From Chlorokybus atmophyticus (taxonomy: Eukaryota; Plantae; Mesostigma and Chlorokybus algae): DNA of 64,000 bases. Positions within the stretch are counted from its first letter, which is position 1, and the number at the start of each line of letters is the position of its first letter. The notes beneath the pieces were generated by a model that searched no databases, was not told the DNA's origin, and saw nothing but the letters and a program-made list of their open reading frames with translations. The stretch covers positions 50,290 to 114,289 of the forward strand of contig RHPI01000401.1 in NCBI GenBank assembly GCA_009103225.1. The letters are read 5' to 3'. Position numbers and translations under genes: made by a program. Shown piece after piece: positions 48,394 to 60,960 of the stretch.

Positions 48394-51300
48394 ATGGCCA
48401 GTAAAAGGGCTGTCCGCTTCGCCAAGGACATTAGTACTAAGCTGGGAATCAACTTGCAACCAGCCAGTAAGAGGAACACCTTTCGTAGGAACAACCGCCT
48501 TCGCAGCCAATAGAGTTCCCTACCCTTACCGGAGCAGGCTGATGTCGTCCAGCACCATGTGGTTGATGACCAGCCCATTGAGGCTGTCAACCCTCAGCCC
48601 GCCCATGAAGATCCGGCCATGCTCGGGCAGCATAGCGACATCAGCCAGCAGCATGAGCAGTAAGTTGACCACGCTGTTGTACCTGGCGTACTGCTCTTCA
48701 TTGAGTATACATGACAGTATGCATGCCACTAACAATAGGAATGATGTACATAAACAGCCTTCACCATGCTAAGAGACTGTCGATCACCTTAGTGCACTTG
48801 CTGCCTTGCTGTGATCTCCACTGTCAGCCGATGGTGCCATTGCACGTGGTGTGTCACTGACTGCAAGATTGCTTCAGGCATCCCTTGCTTGGACAGCCGA
48901 CTGTTAATTTGGCCGGCACCAGCACTGAAGCGGCAGCTACACTTCACGAAAGGGAACAGTCAGGTGGACAGCCGACTTTCGATGTTGCCAGCACCAGCAG
49001 TGCCGCGACAGCTCCACTTCAACATCAGGCTGATCCACAGCCGACTGTCAACATGCCCAGCTCCAGCAGCGCCGCAACTGCTCCACTTCAGCATCAGTCG
49101 GATTGACAGCCGACTGTTGACATGCAAATTGAAGACATGTTTGAGCCTCTTGGTAGCAATGATGATGATCCAAAACAGCAAGAAGTGTCCTACACAATTT
49201 GCTCTTGCCTAAGGTGCCTTGGCAAGGTGAGCAATGAACTTGTTGCGCGCACAGTTGTCGTACTGTAGCTGCCCATGTCTGGGAATGCTGCATGCCTGCG
49301 ACTGTCCGTAGCGCCACCATGCGCGTCCGTAGCCCACCATGCGCGCACTTTCAGCATTGCCATCCATGCTACCTACACTGACAGTCGTATGTTGCGATTG
49401 GGCAGTGGGTTGAGTTGGAGACTTCATTGGCTCACATGCGACTGGACGAGGCAGCGCAAGAAAGTATGCACCCACCGCCAATGCCTTCAGCGCAATGTGA
49501 TGCACCTCAACCCGGCATTTCTCGTCAACAACAGTCCTCGAAAACACCCACGCAAAAAATGCTGGACAAGTTCATGTCGTTGCTGACAGACTTGGAGGAC
49601 TCTCATGCACAGCAATCACTGATCAACAACGTGCTGAAGACTGTTTTTGGTGCCGAAGACTCCATTGCACAGCTGACCAAGGATCCCGCCTACAACCACA
49701 GTCAGCTCCGTAACGATCTCCATGCCTTGCTCGGCCAGCGCAACCCCTCCGAGCCGGCTGACATCACGGCCGTCGATGCATTGCTGACTTCCATCGGAAT
49801 GCCAGAGTCACAGAGATATACAGCATGCACACGATGCAATTATCTCTTTCCAGATGCCTATCCATCAGGCTACGGTGACTGCGAGGACAGCTGCCAAGAC
49901 GACAGTCGCCACAAGATTCTGAAACGCTTGTGGGAACAGCCGTGCGGAGGCGAATGCGGGCGCACGCGCAAGGAGTGTATAGATTTTTTGTACACGCCCA
50001 TTGGTCCAAGACTCGGTCCGTGGCTGCAAGTTCCTTCGATCGCATATGACAACCTTGCTGCTTGGCGAGACAAAGACACCTGGTTCAACGTGCCAGCAAA
50101 CCATCCCCCAGCTCCTCAATGGGAAGCTTGGCATGGCAGCAAGTGGAGAGATCTGACTGCTTTTTGGGACTGCACGAAGACCATCCCTCTGCCAAACAAA
50201 TGCGACTGTGGACGCTACAATTATGACATTGACATGTCGCAGCACAGGGATGGTTATCAGAAATGGCATTGCGAGTGCTCCTATGAGAATGAAGAGGCTG
50301 CGCAGCAGTGTACTGGAGACCCACGCAACATTGGGCTCATGCTGCACAGTGATGGTTTCAGCTGCGCATCCACTACAAAGCGGAGCACCCTTGTCATCAA
50401 CGTCGTTGTGCTCAATGGAGGCAAGCGCGTCAGCTCACAGGCGTCTTCCATCATGCCAGTAGTATTTGTCCCAGTTGACGAGCTACTCGACGCGGACAAG
50501 GACTGTCTGAACCCGTTCATGAAGCCCATGGTGGATGAGTTGGAGGATTTGTACGCCATGGGCTTCCCCACGCACTACGGATTGGACTCCAGCCAGGTGG
50601 ACATCAAGCTCCCTCATCGATTGGCTGGTACGCTCGCATGCATCTGTTTAGCAGTGCCACGCGCACGCAGCTGTTCTTGCGACTGTCATATGTATGGAAT
50701 GCATTGCTGTTCTTGTTTAAGCTCAGGACTGTCTTTGCGCTGTCAACTGCGACTGTCAATCTTATGCGCTCCACTGCTATGCTTGTATGAGTTCGCTTGA
50801 GCAAGGCTGTTCATGCGACTGTCCATTCCAGGTTCCATGTCCGACAGTCCAAATCGACAGTCGCGGCTGTGTCCCGTGCATAGTCGCGTACGCGCGCTGC
50901 TGCGCACGAAGCAATGAGTCCTGATGCCTCCAATGGTTTGCAGGTGATAAGATTTTCCTGAGAGCCATGGTCATGAACATTGCCGGTGACAATCCAGCCC
51001 AAAGCGAGATGGGGCAATTCAAGAATGGCGGCTTATGCGGTTGCAGGGCTTGTTGCCTGCTGGCAACTCATATCCGGCACTCTACTGTCACCAAAAAAGT
51101 CACTCAAGATCCCAGCACTGGCAACGATGTTGTTGAAGAAACTCGGAGCAACAGGACCGACTTCCACTATGCTAGCAGCCGCTACCACAGTCGCCATCCA
51201 TTTGCCAAAAGAACTGCGAGGCAACATACCAGCTGGCCGATGAAGTTGAAAGCATTGAAGACCCCAATCGCAAGAAAGAAAAGGCCAAGAAGTATGGCGT

Positions 51301-53525
51301 CAACGGGCTGTCGCTTTTGTGGAGGCTTTGGCGGATGTACAAGTTTGACCCATGTCAGGACATGGTCTTTGATACCATGCACACGCTAGCCGAAGGACTG
51401 GCCAAGAGCTTGACAGCCTGCACTCTGATGGATGGTGGGGACGAGCAGGTCAGCAAGGCTGACATCGACAGTCGGCTGTCCGTGATGAGAAATGCAAGAC
51501 CAAGAGAGGTGAAGAATGGTAATCGCTGGCCACACGGCCTCAGCAGTCGCCTTGGATGGTGGAAGGCGCAGGAGCACCAGTTCTTCGTGCAATTCGGTGT
51601 GCCCTATGTTTTTCACAAGCTGCTCAGCGAAGAAAGGAGAGATCTCGTCATGTGTCTCCACATGATCTTCCGCTTATTCTTTGACATCTCACGGCGCTTT
51701 GGTTGGGATTTAGACCGCCTGGAGCTCGCGGATGCATTGCTCAGGTACTGGAAGGTCAACAGCGAGATCTGCTTTGGCACCAATAAAATGATTTTGGAGC
51801 ACATTGCGGGAACTTGCCACCTGCTTGACAACATCCGTAGACACGGCAGCCATGACGTGTTCAGGTGCTACGCCGCTGAGCGCGCTGTGAAGCTGTATGT
51901 CAACACCCCGTCCAACTGCAAGGATTACGAGATCAGCTTTATGAAACGTTCTGTCAGGAGATGGTTTGTGCGACTATTTGGCGTCATGCGTGACGATCAG
52001 CGTTCAGGCCTGCTGCTCTGCCATAGAGTTGGCAACATACTGTCTACAATCTGCAAAACAGAATTCAACGGGTCCACCTGGTATGAGGTCGCCACAATCA
52101 AGCACGCAGAGGATATTTGGGCGCTTGTGGAAGCATACCCCACCCTGGCACACTCCAGGCGCATCAAAGAACAAGGCATAGTGATTGGGCGAGGCAACAC
52201 TCATTATGTCGCGAGCGACGGCTTGTTCGAGAGCATCTGTGCACAAGAGAACATTGCCATTGGCACCCCGACACGGCGAACAGTGCGCGACTACAAAGCC
52301 TATATGAGGGACGGCCTGGTATACAGGTGTGCTTTATATCTTAATTATGAATGCAGCACATTTGTCATCGACAGTCCCACCAACGACTGTCACACAAACT
52401 GTCACTGGTGCGACTGTCCGTTATAGGGTCTCTATCTCTGTTATCTACAGTCCCAGCATTGACAGCCGCGCAGACTGTCAATGCTGAGACTGTCAAACAG
52501 CGACTGACAGATATTCTCTCTCTTTCTCACACACAGGCGCGACTGCAAGGATGCTGTGATGCTGGATGGAAACAGGCCAGCCACCGTCAACAAAATCTTC
52601 ATATTCTTTCACGCCGAGTGCCATGTGTACATTGCTGTCAACCGCTACAGCCTGCAAAAAGATGCTGCTGGAAATCAATGCATGGACGCAGATTCCGGTG
52701 CCTTGCATGTGGGGCGTTTGGAAAACACCAACATTCTTGTCCGAGGCCACCAGCTGCTGCGCAAAGTGTGGATGCTGACGGAGAGACCAAGACTGCTCCC
52801 CTACATGCTGGCTTACGATTTCAGCAACCCAGAGCTGCGATTGCGAGCAGCTGATATACCTCTGCCAGTATGGCCTGAAAACGGGGATGTGGTGCTTGTG
52901 AGACATGAGGATGAGAAGAAGTCGGTCTTTGACTTTCGCGTGCCAACTGACCCACCAGCACCTGTATCTGATGATCCACCGCCATGGATTGTTATTGTTC
53001 GACAGCCTCAAGTTGACGATGAAGGCAACATGTTGGTTGACTACCTGAAGCCTGCTCCTTGATCAGCGAGTGCTCGCCAAGGCCTACCACGGTGGGTGGT
53101 CAATAAGGACTGTCGCAACCAAAAGGTGTCACCCATTGCGGTCAAGAGGAAGCTCAACTGGCAGCAAGCTGATCAAGGCAGATGGCAAGAGCAGCCGACA
53201 ACTGAGGTTGTGCGTATGTTTTACGACAGGCACATCATGTACTACAAAGCAGGCGAGGCTGAGACAGGTACGCATCACTTGTCTCATGAGTGTTGTTCCT
53301 TGACAGTCCCATGGACAGTCGGCTGTCCATAGGACTGTCGGGTAACAACACTATCAGTGTGTGATTTTGGCACAAGGCATTACACAAGGCATTACTGAGC
53401 ACGCATTGGTTACTGTGAGTAACACACTTGTACATTTCACAGATTATGTACACAAGGAAGGGTCAAGCGTACCAGCAGATCTACTTGCAGCGCGCAAAGG
53501 CCAACTGCTAGGCAACTTACACTAA
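48394..53525 (+). pseudogene. CACTA/EnSpm TnpD-like transposase, multi-exon, lightly disabled
   Basis: YTPIGPRL, WHGSKWRDL, RNIGLMLHSDGF, PFMKPMVDELEDL, GDNPAQSEM..CGCRAC, GVNGLSLLWRL, FDTMHTLAEG, WKAQEH, HLLDNIRRHG, CYAAERAV. Introns at about 50625-50943, 52328-52536 and 53271-53443. One frameshift near 51215, stops at 48511 and 53060. Confidence 0.88.
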
Positions 53526-56500
53526 AGCTATAAACCAGGGAAACATCAACCAGCATCAGGAGGAGGAGGTGGAGGACGAGGAGGACCAGCAGCAGCACCA
53601 GCAGCAGGAGGAGGAGGAGGAGGAGGAGGACGAGGAGGTCTTGGTATGGAGCACTGAGCGCGGTAGCTGCTGAGGGCTGATACACCTGCGGGGGTTTGCA
53701 ACCACGCCCATGCAGCGGCATAGTCCATTGGACGCTGTAGCTGATACAATGGCGATGCCGCTGGTCCTCGAAGTGAAGCCATCCCTCCGTCAAGGTTACG
53801 GAGGTGGTGCACAAACGTTGATAGCATGACAACCATTACGTCAAACATGGAAATTAGGGTAGCGCGCCTTGTGATTTCGGGTTCCTGCAAGATGCCAGTG
53901 TAGTGCGACTCGGCGTTCCTGTAGAAGTCCAAGAACCCACTGGCACCTTGTTGAAAGCCAGTGAATGGAATGGCACTCCGTTGTGATTGCTGCCACGCCT
54001 GCCTGATTTGAGCTGCACGCCGTATGAAGATACCCGGCCATTCGACTGGGTCCTCCCGAAATCTTTGTGGCCAATCGTCAAAGAGCTGAGTGGTTGGCAA
54101 ACGGCCCAACACTATTGTACGTTCATAATTTCGCAGTGCAAAAAATTGGTTGGAAACCTCACGCGCCCACTCCCTGGTTCTGCCGATTAGGTACTGCACA
54201 CGATCCTGTGCTACCTGCTGGAGCTGTGCTCTGTGATCTGCCACCTGCTTGTCCAGCTGTTCTTTGAGGTCTCTCACCTGCTTGTCTAAAGCTTCTGCAC
54301 GTGCTAGCGCTTCATTCAGCTTTTCGTCAACGCATGGGTCGATAGCCCCTCCAACAGCCTCTGATGTTGAAGGCACTGCAGCCAGCCTTTGCTCCAACTC
54401 TTGATAGCGGGTTTGCGCCTCTGCCAGCTGCCGCTCTGCTTCATTGGCTCTTCTTGTCGCGGCATCGACAGTCGCTGCATCGACAGCCCCTCCAACGGCC
54501 TCTGATGCTGACTGCCTCGCCGCTTGCTGTGCTACCTCCTGCTCCAGCTGGCGAATGCGCTGCCGAGAACTCTCCATCTCTTCCCCAATCTTGGCGCCCG
54601 CAGAGGAGCTAGAGGCCATTGCCAGCATGCGCGATTGCAAATCAAAGTTTCGCAATTCGAGGCCGCGAATCTGGGCGTCAATAGATGCCGCACGCTCCTT
54701 GGCGGCTTCGATTGCTGTAGCCAACTCCTCTTGCAGTTTGGCGACCTCAGCATCGGTGGTTGCAGCCCTCTGCTGCAACTCCTCCCTCTCCTTGCGCAGG
54801 TTGTCCACCTGAGAGTTGGAAGCGACAGCCCTCTGCTGCAACTCCGCCAATTCCTTTTGTAGCTTGGCGACCTCAGAGTTGGAAGCTGCAGCCCTCTGCT
54901 CCGCATGCTCCAAATCCTTGCGCACATTGTTGACCTCAGCATCGGTTAATGCAGCCCTCTGCTCCGTCTCCTCCAAATCATTGCGCAGCTTGGCAATAAC
55001 AGCATCTGATGCCCCAGCCCTCTGCTCCGACTCCTGGAACCTCTTGCGCAGCTCGGCTAAGAGTAGGTTGAACTCATCGTTTGTTCTTGATGCTGTCTTT
55101 ATCGTCTCCTCCAACTCCTTGCGCACCCGGGCGACCTCAGCGTTGGCATCTGCAGCCCTCTGTTGCGTCTCCTGTAACTCCTTGCGAAGGATTGCAACCT
55201 GTTGCTGCGACTCCGCTACTTCAAGGTCAAGAGTACGCTGGTAATACTGCTTGCGCGCCTCGTTCACACTGACTAGGCTGGTCTGCAGGTTGTCACGAGT
55301 TGCAAGAACGCGCTCTTGTCCTTGCTGTCGCACATAGACATCAAGTACAGAGGCCACAACAGATTATCAAAGCCCCCCCCCCCCTTCTTCCACAAAGACT
55401 GTACGCGATGCAATTATTCTCACCAATGCTTGTCTTGTAAGCCCGAGGGCGAATGACAGCTGTTCTGCAGAAATCTCCACAGCGTTTGCCACACATTTGC
55501 CACTCGCTCAATTTCGATGCGTCATTGACGGCCTTGCGGTGCTCCTCGTGGGCCTTCTTGAAACCTTCAATTGTATCACGCGCTGCTGCTAGAGCCTCCT
55601 CTCCAGCTTGTGGCCGCACAGCTGGTAGAGTTGGCCGTGCAGGAGTGTCTGGCTGAAGGGGACGTTTCTTCTCAGCTGGGGGTGTAGACATGGGGGCACT
55701 TGTTCTCTCTCTCTTTCTCTTGGCAGATGGACGGGGACTGTCATGGAAACTGTCGTGAGGTGGACTGTGGTGAGGTGGACTGTCGGCTGGTGGACTGTCC
55801 GCGCGACTGTCATAAGGTGAACTGTCCTTGGGACTGTGGGGAGGTGGAGTGTCAGGTGCAGGATTTTCACGCTCAGCTTGTCTCTCCAGCCAGGTCTTCA
55901 GTGGTGGAGGTGCGGGGTGCAAGGGCACTCTCAACTGATGGAGATGATCGTCGTGTGAATGGGGAGTATCAGGGTTGTTGATCGCCACCAATAAAGATGC
56001 TGCAGCTTGTGCCTCCGCCCGTGTGTCAGCTTCGCTCTGCTCTTCTACAAGTGTACGCACAATGTCCCGCTTGAGTTCGTCAAGCCATTCCTTTCTGGAC
56101 TCCTTGAAGCCCTTCTGCAGCATACCTCGGATCTTTCTCTCCCAATCCTTTTCCCAGTCCTCCCCCTTCAGTGCCAATGCTGTCGCCTGCCTGGTGAGAG
56201 CCCCCTCTCTGGTAGCAATAGCTGTTGTCTGAGTTTTGTGCATCTCGGCAGTCTTTCTCTGGATACCAGCGACCTTTTCCTGCAAAAACAGGTAACAGTT
56301 TAAGCAAATGTGTGAAGTGAAAGGTGCACCACATGCTGACGTACCCTGATCACGTTCTCTTGTTCTATCCGTAGGTCTCACTCCCTAATGACTTGTTTTA
56401 GGGCGTCGACTTGTCTGTTTGCGGCCTCTTTTATTTCGTAGGCAGCATCATAAACCGTTTTACAGAAATGAACAGATATTTGACGCTAAATATGGGCTTC

Positions 56501-57009
56501 AGAATCTATCTGTTGACACATGCACGTGATCTTGGTTGTTAGCATACATGTCACAGTGCATGCAAGTGCACTGCGACAGGAATGCAAAACAACAGACTGT
56601 CGATAAGACTGTCGAAGAGATTGTCATTGTTGGAAGACTGTCAGTACAACTCACCATTCTTGTCTTTGCGTCCGCATTGGGCATGCTGAAGACACGCTGG
56701 ACCAAACGCATGGAATATGCGAAGTCACTCTCGCCCAGCTGCCTTGGTGGCTTGCTGGTAAGCAACCACATAGCGTCCTCCGTGGTCAACTTCCAACTTC
56801 TCGCAAGCCTCTGCGCCGCATCCTCCGTTTGCTACAGTTGGGTCTGCCAGCAAAGAAGGCAAGTTAGCTTCCAGTGTCACAGTTGTGGAGTCATTGACAG
56901 TCTCGCATTGACAGTCGCACTAGCAAGGCATGCAAACTGGGCATGCAGCAATGCAATCACACTTACTTGGTCTGTCTGCCCGTCTGGTGGCGCATGGAAA
57001 GGGGTGTAG

Positions 57010-57490
57010 TCCAAGAGTAGCTCCTCCCCTGCCTTGATGTCCCTAGTCGCATACACAATGACAGCTGGGTGGCCGACGTCATCGAAGTCCGAGTAGAACA
57101 TGACGTTGGGCTGAGTGTGCCCATGTGCGGAATTGATGTAAGCCGCTACACAGCCAGTGCGGGGGTGCCCGTCGATGATAACCTGATATTGGCTTGGTGT
57201 ATCTGGTGGAAACAGGTTGACGTGATATCGCCGGTGGTGTCGGATGTCGCTGATTTGCTGGTAACGATGCAAGACCTCCTCCATCTCCTGTTGCTTTAAC
57301 CATTTGCCGTCATATGGCAACAGGTAAGCCTCTGCACAGATGCGCACAAGTCATGAGTGATCCGCGAGTACACAGAGAGACATGCACACAAAGATACACA
57401 CGCACACACGTGCACGTACCATTTGGAATGTCTTCGCAGGCAAACAGTCCCAGTTCAGCACCAGTGATGGTTGAGTCCTTGATCAACCAG
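57010..57490 (-). other. SET domain (lysine methyltransferase fold) exons
   Basis: GxGLFA N-terminal motif, YINS..PN (NHS variant) and ELxxDY C-terminal signature, split by an intron at about 57418-57336. Confidence 0.85.
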
Positions 57491-58312
57491 CTGTGCGTAA
57501 GATACTTGAAACTGCTCGTTGACTGGGATGCGTGTGGATGCTCTTGCATCCTCCACATTATCCAGTCTCCACAGCTGGTGCTTGTCTCCAGCGCTACGAT
57601 GGATGAGCTTGAGGTTTGGTATCTCCCGGTCAGTCTGTTTAATGCAGTGATAAGTAACCATCAGACTCTAGCGCAAAGATAAACACAGACCATTACATTG
57701 GCATAGGCTGTCATGATATGTTCTCACCCTCAAATAGTCAGCAGAAAGTTAAGGTGGCGCTTTGGAACCTGTTGAGGGGTAGCGTTTCACCTGAAATTTT
57801 TTCATCTCTTCAAGAGCACTGGCGAATTCCGCTGCATAATCCACTGCTGCGGCTTGGCGACGCCTTGAGGGTTTCCGCTTCGGTGGACTGGGTGTCGGAC
57901 CCTCCTCAACCTCGACCTTGTCCTCGTCCTCGTCCTCGTCCTGTGGTTCTTCTGCTACTCCTGCTCCTCTTGATCTTCCTGCTCCTCGAGATCGTGTTGC
58001 TCTGCGTGTCCAGGTATGCATAGCCGCCAGCTGTTGCATTTCTTCGTACAGTTCTTTGGTCTGAAACATGGCAGGGTTAGTACGCATGTTGCAGTATGGT
58101 TTCATTGCTGCTGTGCGAATTCAGCAACTCACATATCCTGGAATAGCGTTGATGTCTGCCATCTTGCAGTGCTTCAAGTTTGGGACTATGGGATTGGGGT
58201 AAGGGGGCAGTTGCTCATCCTGCAGCACGCCGCTGCTGGTGAGTTGCATTGTGCGTTCAAACATGTCACGAAACTTCAAGTAGTCCAAGAACACGACGGT
58301 TGCACTCGTATT

Positions 58313-58390
58313 ACAACCGATATGCGCAGGATTCAAGCAACGGCTGTCAAGTACAACCGATATGCGCAGGATTCAAGCAACGGCTGTCAG
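58313..58390. repeat. 40-bp tandem duplication (2 copies)
   Basis: acaaccgatatgcgcaggattcaagcaacggctgtca repeated at a 40-bp period. Confidence 0.95.
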
Positions 58391-59105
58391 GTATCTGCAC
58401 CATGAGCCAATGCGCTGTACGCATGCGCAAGGCACATCATTGACAGTCCAGGCAGGATGTTGCAAGAACTTGGATCAAGAATGCCTGAGGGTTCGTACCC
58501 TGATGGATTGCTGGATTTCCTCTGCCAACTTTTCGAGTGTAGCCTTGTCCTCCCTCCCTCCCTTATTGCTGAGCACGCGCATCATTCGGCACAGAGCACC
58601 TAACCAGTGCTGTGCGATTTTCGTGGGCTTGGTCTCTCCCATGCCAGGTTGGCCGTCTGCATTACGGTGACCAGCGTGCACGTTGTTCATACAGTAAAGG
58701 CAGCCCCATATAAACTGCGGCGCTGTGGACGACCTCCTTCGAGCCATGGTGTACTGCCTGGGACTGTCCACTGTGCCAAGAGACTGTCGACGCCTACCCA
58801 ACAGCACCCTGAACCAAACCCTTCACCCCCAATCTTTGCTCAACAACAACAACAACCATGCCAAAGGTCTTGCAACGCTTGTGTACGCCGCCAACCCTAA
58901 CCCACAGACAGCCGTCAATTCCTAGGCGNACCGACAGCCGTTAATTCCTAGGCGAGTTCAACCCTAATTTACCGACAGCCGCGTCGCTCTCTTAGCGAGT
59001 TGCATTGTTGCGCTACTTGTGCGGCTTGTGTGGCTTGTGCGAACTCACAACGCTTGTGCGGCTTGTGCGGTTGATAATGTAAGGCACTGGTCCGACAGTC
59101 CCTGT

Positions 59106-59425
59106 TGACAGTCGACAGCTTGGGTTGCTCACTTGCTGTGGTGCCAGGACACTTGCACTTCTGCTGTGCTGTTTGCCAGTTGATTTCAGCTGTTGAAAGG
59201 TGAGCAGGTTGCTTGCAAGCTTGAATGCTTGCTTGCTTGCATGACAGTCTCTGTTCACAGTCGACAGCTTGGGTTGCTCACTTGCTGTGGTGCCAGGACA
59301 CTTGCACTTCTGCTGTGCTGTTTGCCAGTTGATTTTAGCTGTTGAAAGGTGAGCAGGTTGCTTGCAAGCTTGAATGCTTGCTTGCTTGCATGACAGTCTC
59401 TGTTGACAGTCGACAGCTTGGGTTG
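59106..59425. repeat. ~149-bp tandem repeat (2 copies plus a partial third) between divergent genes
   Basis: acagtcgacagcttgggttgc...gcatgacagtctctgtt repeated, with unit starts near 59106, 59256 and 59404. Confidence 0.95.
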
Positions 59426-59489
59426 CCCCAAGTGTGAAGTCAAACTGTTTGCTCTAAGTTCAGTTGTTTGTTCAGGCAGTCCAACTGAC

Positions 59490-60960
59490 ACCATGACCAC
59501 TGGGGAGGCAAGACAAATGCCCGCTGCAGCTGATTGCTTCAGAGCAAAGGGGAACCACTTGCTGGGCCAAATGACGGGCTCGCAGTTCATGATGAAACCA
59601 GAGTTCAAGCATATGCGCACAACGCATATCAACAACCTGGCGAAGCAAAAGAGATGCTGAGCAAGTGGCCACCACCTCAAGGCATGAAAGGCACAGACTT
59701 CAAGCAGAACGCCCAGCACCGGCAGGAGCTGGACGATGTCTGCGAGACTGTATTGCAGGCGTCAGAGCCACTGGTCTTTGACACAGACCACACCCTGAAA
59801 TGGACCAAAGGCAAGCTGCTAGTAGAGTTGAGCTGTGTTGAAGCAAGCCTTCCAAGCAGCATGGCACCTTCTCCTCGGTTTTATTGTGTCTCCTTCTCTG
59901 TCTTGCCATTGACAGTTCTTGCCCTGCATATCATTCATGCTTTTAGTTGTCGGTTGCTCAGTAACCAGTTGCGTTATGCTATGTTCCAAGATGTGACCTC
60001 CTTGCGGATGGCTACCAAAGGACTGTCGCTGCCATGTCTCATCTGCTTGTGTTTCTGCAGCACAAATCAAGAGTCATGTTCTCCAGCTACAGTACTCTGT
60101 TGGCGCGAAGCGCGGTAGTGATTACGGGCAAAGCATGGAAGAACGCAATGCTACCAAGAAGCAAAGGCGATCCAGCGACAGGGAAGCTACCCAAGGCAGC
60201 CGCGCTACCGAAGCTGCTGCTGGCTGGGGCATGACTTTTTCGATTGGCAGGGACTTGAGGGCCAACCAGCAGGTGGTCATGCTTGCGCCTTTGACTGCTG
60301 AGCCTCTAACAGATGCTCAGTACCCGGCCACTTGGCTGAAAGAGAGGTAACTATTGTGCTGTCGGCTGTCGATCAAGTTCTACAGTCCTCACTGGTTTGC
60401 TTAGCTGTGCCTCCATGGCTGCGTACTGGATTTACACATGCTGCCTGCTGTCTGTTAACTCAGAATTTCCTAACAGGGGTGCGGACGGGTTCGCTGAAGA
60501 TCAGGTGTTTGACATTGCCAACAACGCAGTAGTTGTTGGCGTCGCCACCATCAAGTTCGTATGCGAGCCAGAACAACCAATGCGGACGTACAGTGTCTGT
60601 GTTACCCACTGGATGCCAGTGAGAAGCGAGGATGGCAACCTTGGCATTCGCCTACCTGTGAAAGAGAGGCATTTTCTCTATGGCCAGCTGGCAAGCAGCT
60701 GCCATGGTGGGCGTACTCTGGAGGTACATTGCTTGCTGTGGATATGCTCCTGCTGTGACTGTATGGTGCATGAGTGCAAGAACATTTTGTGTTAAACAAC
60801 ATGCAGGGCAGGGAGATGGAGTGGCCCATGATGTTCTTGGCCGGCGGAGGCATCTGTCCATGTGAGGCATGCGGCAACAACGATCGCATTGTGGTGCCGG
60901 GTTGCATCAAGGACATACTGCCTACGACCGCAGCTCGGCACAGCACAGACACAGAGGTCA
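59490..60960 (+). pseudogene. Third multi-exon unknown gene of the CACTA element (possible TnpA-like)
   Basis: Open exon-sized blocks bounded by donors (GGCAAG about 59810, GTAACT 60347, GTACAT 60724, GTCAGT 60957). DIANNAVVVGVATIKFV weakly resembles Tnp1/En/Spm C-termini. Truncated by the gap. Confidence 0.4.

Larger units (their letters stand above)
53546..58747 (-). pseudogene. Large multi-exon accessory gene: SET domain, Pro/Ser-rich linker, 21-aa coiled-coil repeats, C-terminal domain and poly-Pro
   Basis: SET motifs IKDSTITGAELGLFACEDIPNG|E, AAYINSAHGHTQPNV and ATRDIKAGEELLLDY (57010-57490). About 6 repeats of the EQRAAASNSEVAKLQKELAEL type. Canonical GT-AG introns, a few TAG/TGA stops and frameshifts. 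Confidence 0.8.
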
